A stretch of DNA of 6,398 nucleotides from Candidatus Nanopusillus sp. GTDB lineage: Archaea; Nanobdellota; Nanobdellia; Nanobdellales; Nanobdellaceae. Below are positions 4,555 to 6,398 of the stretch, piece after piece. Position numbers and translations under genes: made by a program. The stretch covers positions 1-6,398 of the forward strand of contig JAWDMD010000023.1 in assembly GCA_046536775.1 (NCBI GenBank), read 5' to 3'. The notes below the pieces were generated by a model, which was given only the letters and a program-made list of their open reading frames with translations, was not told where the DNA came from and ran no database searches. Numbering within the stretch: position 1 is the stretch's first letter; every line of letters starts with the position of its first letter.

Positions 4555-5082
4555 CTATATGTGTTCTAAAAAATTAATTATTATATCTTTATTTAAAACT
4601 TCTGGATGGAACAATGAAAAATATATATTTCTATATTTATACAATACTGGAATATTTTCTACCTTTCCAATTATATAGAATTTTTCATCAATCTTTGGAA
4701 TTTTTGTTATTAAAAAATATGCTTCAAAGTCTTTATCAACTATTTTATCTTTATTTATCATTTTTACATAATATTTTCCAATCAATTCTTTATCTTCAAA
4801 ATCGTAATTTAATAATCTTATTAATATTTGGCTTCCAGAACATATTGCAAGAGTTTTTATATTATTTTCAATTATAAATTCAAAATTTTTTATATAATTT
4901 AAATAATCAAAATCCATTATTGCAGTACCAGTTATTATTATTTTTTCAAAATATTTCTCTATTTTATCCTTATATGAGAAAACTTTATAATTAATGTTCA
5001 ATTCTTTTAAAATATTTATTATTGGATATAGAAATTCATATTTTGATAGTTCTTCTTTATTTGTATGAATTATTCCGATCAT
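4555..5082 (-). CDS. Class I glutamine amidotransferase, GMP synthase subunit A (GuaAA)-like
   Basis: The nucleophile elbow is LAICSGSQIL (canonical G-I-C-L-G-H-Q). The His-Glu of the triad sits in FSLFHPEV (canonical QFHPE). IIITGTA occupies the position of the ILSGGP motif. The C-terminal ...IYFSLFHPEVLNKDIIINFL resembles archaeal GuaAA. The start ATG overlaps the upstream TGA in ATGA (5082-5079). Confidence 0.8.
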   Translation of the reverse strand: MIGIIHTNKEELSKYEFLYPIINILKELNINYKVFSYKDKIEKYFEKIIITGTAIMDFDYLNYIKNFEFIIENNIKTLAICSGSQILIRLLNYDFEDKELIGKYYVKMINKDKIVDKDFEAYFLITKIPKIDEKFYIIGKVENIPVLYKYRNIYFSLFHPEVLNKDIIINFLEHI

Positions 5083-5744
5083 TCTAAATAAGCATTTTTT
5101 ATAATATATTCTGCATAATTTTTTTCTACCCTTATTTCATAATCTTTTATTATTATCCTTTTCTTAAATAATGGTTGATATAAAACAAATGTTTCATATT
5201 CCCCACCTTCTCCTGCAATATTTATTTTATATTTTTCTTTATATTCAATTAATTTTTTTATTATATTTTCCTCAATAACTTTTCCCAAAATATTTATATC
5301 TAAAGGATATGTATACCATCCAACAATTATAAACTGAAAATTATTTTTCAATAATTCATATAAATATTCTTTTTCGTCTTTTAACCATAATGGATTGAAA
5401 CACCATAGATTTAATCTCTTACATATTCTTTGAAATCTAGATCCCTGATATGTAGATCTAATTGCTCCAGTAACAATTCCATCAATATTATATTTTTCTT
5501 TTAAATATTTTAATGCTTCAAATAGTGTTTCTTCCTCATTATTATTTATATAAAATCTTTCTATAGGTATACCTAATGCTTTTGATTGTAGTTCAGTTAA
5601 ATTATTATTAATATAATGATATAAATAACTCTCATTATTTTTTGGGATTATATTTAATAATACAGATACTTCATGATATTTTGATGCAATATATAATGAA
5701 TAATTTGAATCTTTTCCTCCAGAATATAATACTGCAAGTTTCAT
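5079..5744 (-). CDS. dph6: PP-loop ATP pyrophosphatase of the MJ0570/DUF71/COG2102 family (diphthine-ammonia ligase, Dph6-like)
   Basis: The N-terminal PP-loop is LYSGGKDS. Family-specific blocks are GAIRSTYQGSRFQRICKRLNLWCFNPLW and AGEGGEYETFVLYQPLF. The 221-aa length is typical of the archaeal stand-alone enzyme. ATGA overlaps link it to both neighbours. Confidence 0.9.
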   Translation of the reverse strand: MKLAVLYSGGKDSNYSLYIASKYHEVSVLLNIIPKNNESYLYHYINNNLTELQSKALGIPIERFYINNNEEETLFEALKYLKEKYNIDGIVTGAIRSTYQGSRFQRICKRLNLWCFNPLWLKDEKEYLYELLKNNFQFIIVGWYTYPLDINILGKVIEENIIKKLIEYKEKYKINIAGEGGEYETFVLYQPLFKKRIIIKDYEIRVEKNYAEYIIKNAYLE

Positions 5745-6340
5745 ACCATATTTTTTGGTATAGAACTTATTAAATTATATATTAAGTTGTATAAATAATT
5801 TCCAGGTAATTTCTGATAAATTATATTACAATTTTCTGAATAACAAAAAACATTATTTTCATATAAAAATACATTGTCTTTAACAATTATTATTGGATAT
5901 GTCATATTTATATAATATGTTACATTAGAACAAGATGGAAATTCAATGCATCTTATCATTGGACATAATTCTCCAGGTTTGCATGTTATATTGCATGGAT
6001 TTACAATTGGTAAACATTCTTCAATTGTTATATTATAATAAATTGTTTGATTACAAAATATAAATGAAGTAGTATTAATATATTCTACCAATGGTATTAT
6101 ATAATTTATTCCAGGTCCATTATTTTTTATTATAAAATATCCGTCAGTAATATTATATAAATAACACCCATTTCCATATAGATTCAATAAATATAATGAT
6201 ATATTTTGATTATCAATTATAATATTTGTTTTTTCTAAAACATAGTTATTATTAAAGTTTACATTATTTAATAAAAATATAAAAAATAATACCAATATAG
6301 ATGTTATTCCTAGAATTATTGTATAAAAATAAGATCTCAT
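5741..6340 (-). CDS. Secreted or membrane-anchored cysteine-rich glycoprotein; hypothetical
   Basis: The N-terminal hydrophobic segment is YFYTIILGITSILVLFFIFLL. Hand counts of the 199-aa protein give 10 Cys (for example NPCNITCKPGELCPMIRCIEFPSC) and 8 N-x-S/T sequons. No family is recognised. The gene is the first of the minus-strand operon, and its stop overlaps the dph6-like start (ATGA at 5744-5741). Confidence 0.65.
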   Translation of the reverse strand: MRSYFYTIILGITSILVLFFIFLLNNVNFNNNYVLEKTNIIIDNQNISLYLLNLYGNGCYLYNITDGYFIIKNNGPGINYIIPLVEYINTTSFIFCNQTIYYNITIEECLPIVNPCNITCKPGELCPMIRCIEFPSCSNVTYYINMTYPIIIVKDNVFLYENNVFCYSENCNIIYQKLPGNYLYNLIYNLISSIPKNMV

Positions 6341-6360
6341 AATAAAATATTTTTAAGATT

Positions 6361-6370
6361 TTTTTAAAAG
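6361..6370 (-). promoter_or_regulatory. TATA-like box (CTTTTAAAAA on the minus strand) for the three-gene minus-strand operon
   Basis: The box is centred about 26 nt upstream of ATG 6340. The spacing matches the other operon starts in the window and suggests a leaderless mRNA. The AT-rich background limits confidence. Confidence 0.35.
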
Positions 6371-6398
6371 TTTTAATAATGGTAGAAATTGTAATAAA

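Noticed and set aside
4477-4555. A tRNA or Nanoarchaeota-style split tRNA half in the GC-rich spacer
   Set aside because: I could not build a D-arm, anticodon arm or T-arm (no GTTC-type T-loop) on either strand. The helices fit a single long hairpin plus C/D boxes instead.
4614-4877. Track ORF of 87 aa on the + strand
   Set aside because: It is antisense to the glutamine amidotransferase gene, whose catalytic motifs validate the minus frame.
1-6398. A CRISPR array or other cas genes accompanying the Cas4-like gene
   Set aside because: I found no regularly spaced direct repeats of 24-40 nt anywhere in the window, and no Cas1- or Cas2-like ORFs. Cas4-family nucleases are common as solo genes.

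Overview
The window is very AT-rich. A hand count of the first 60 nt gives 13 G+C, and the window looks about one quarter G+C overall. It is gene-dense and the gene content looks archaeal: a Pyrococcus-type monocluster ferredoxin, a solo Cas4/DUF83 nuclease, an NEMF/RqcH-type NFACT-R protein, an MJ0570/Dph6 PP-loop ATPase, and TATA-like boxes about 26 nt upstream of start codons. A reduced-genome or DPANN/Nanoarchaeota-like lineage is a guess only.

I support nine protein genes in four transcription units:
- Minus strand: ferredoxin, then ferredoxin, then a membrane protein that runs off the left edge. This last gene is missing from the ORF track; the listed + ORF 7..309 is its antisense shadow.
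- Plus strand: Cas4-like nuclease overlapping a 5'-truncated NFACT-R (NEMF/RqcH C-terminal half) gene.
- Plus strand: a 638-aa Q/N-rich, almost lysine- and arginine-free, heavily sequon-decorated surface protein with a signal peptide and a C-terminal anchor.
- Minus strand: a Cys-rich secreted glycoprotein, a Dph6-like diphthine-ammonia ligase and a class I glutamine amidotransferase, joined by two ATGA overlaps.

The most unusual feature is the 111-nt convergent spacer (4444-4554). It is about 47% G+C by hand count. On the minus strand it folds as an H/ACA-like guide hairpin that ends in ACA. Two nucleotides later comes a near-canonical box C/D sRNA layout.

Other leads are a possible glutamine-dependent two-subunit diphthamide amidation module, the split or truncated NFACT gene coupled to Cas4, and a single TATA element shared by two divergent, apparently leaderless genes. 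I saw no CRISPR array, tRNA, rRNA or mobile element.
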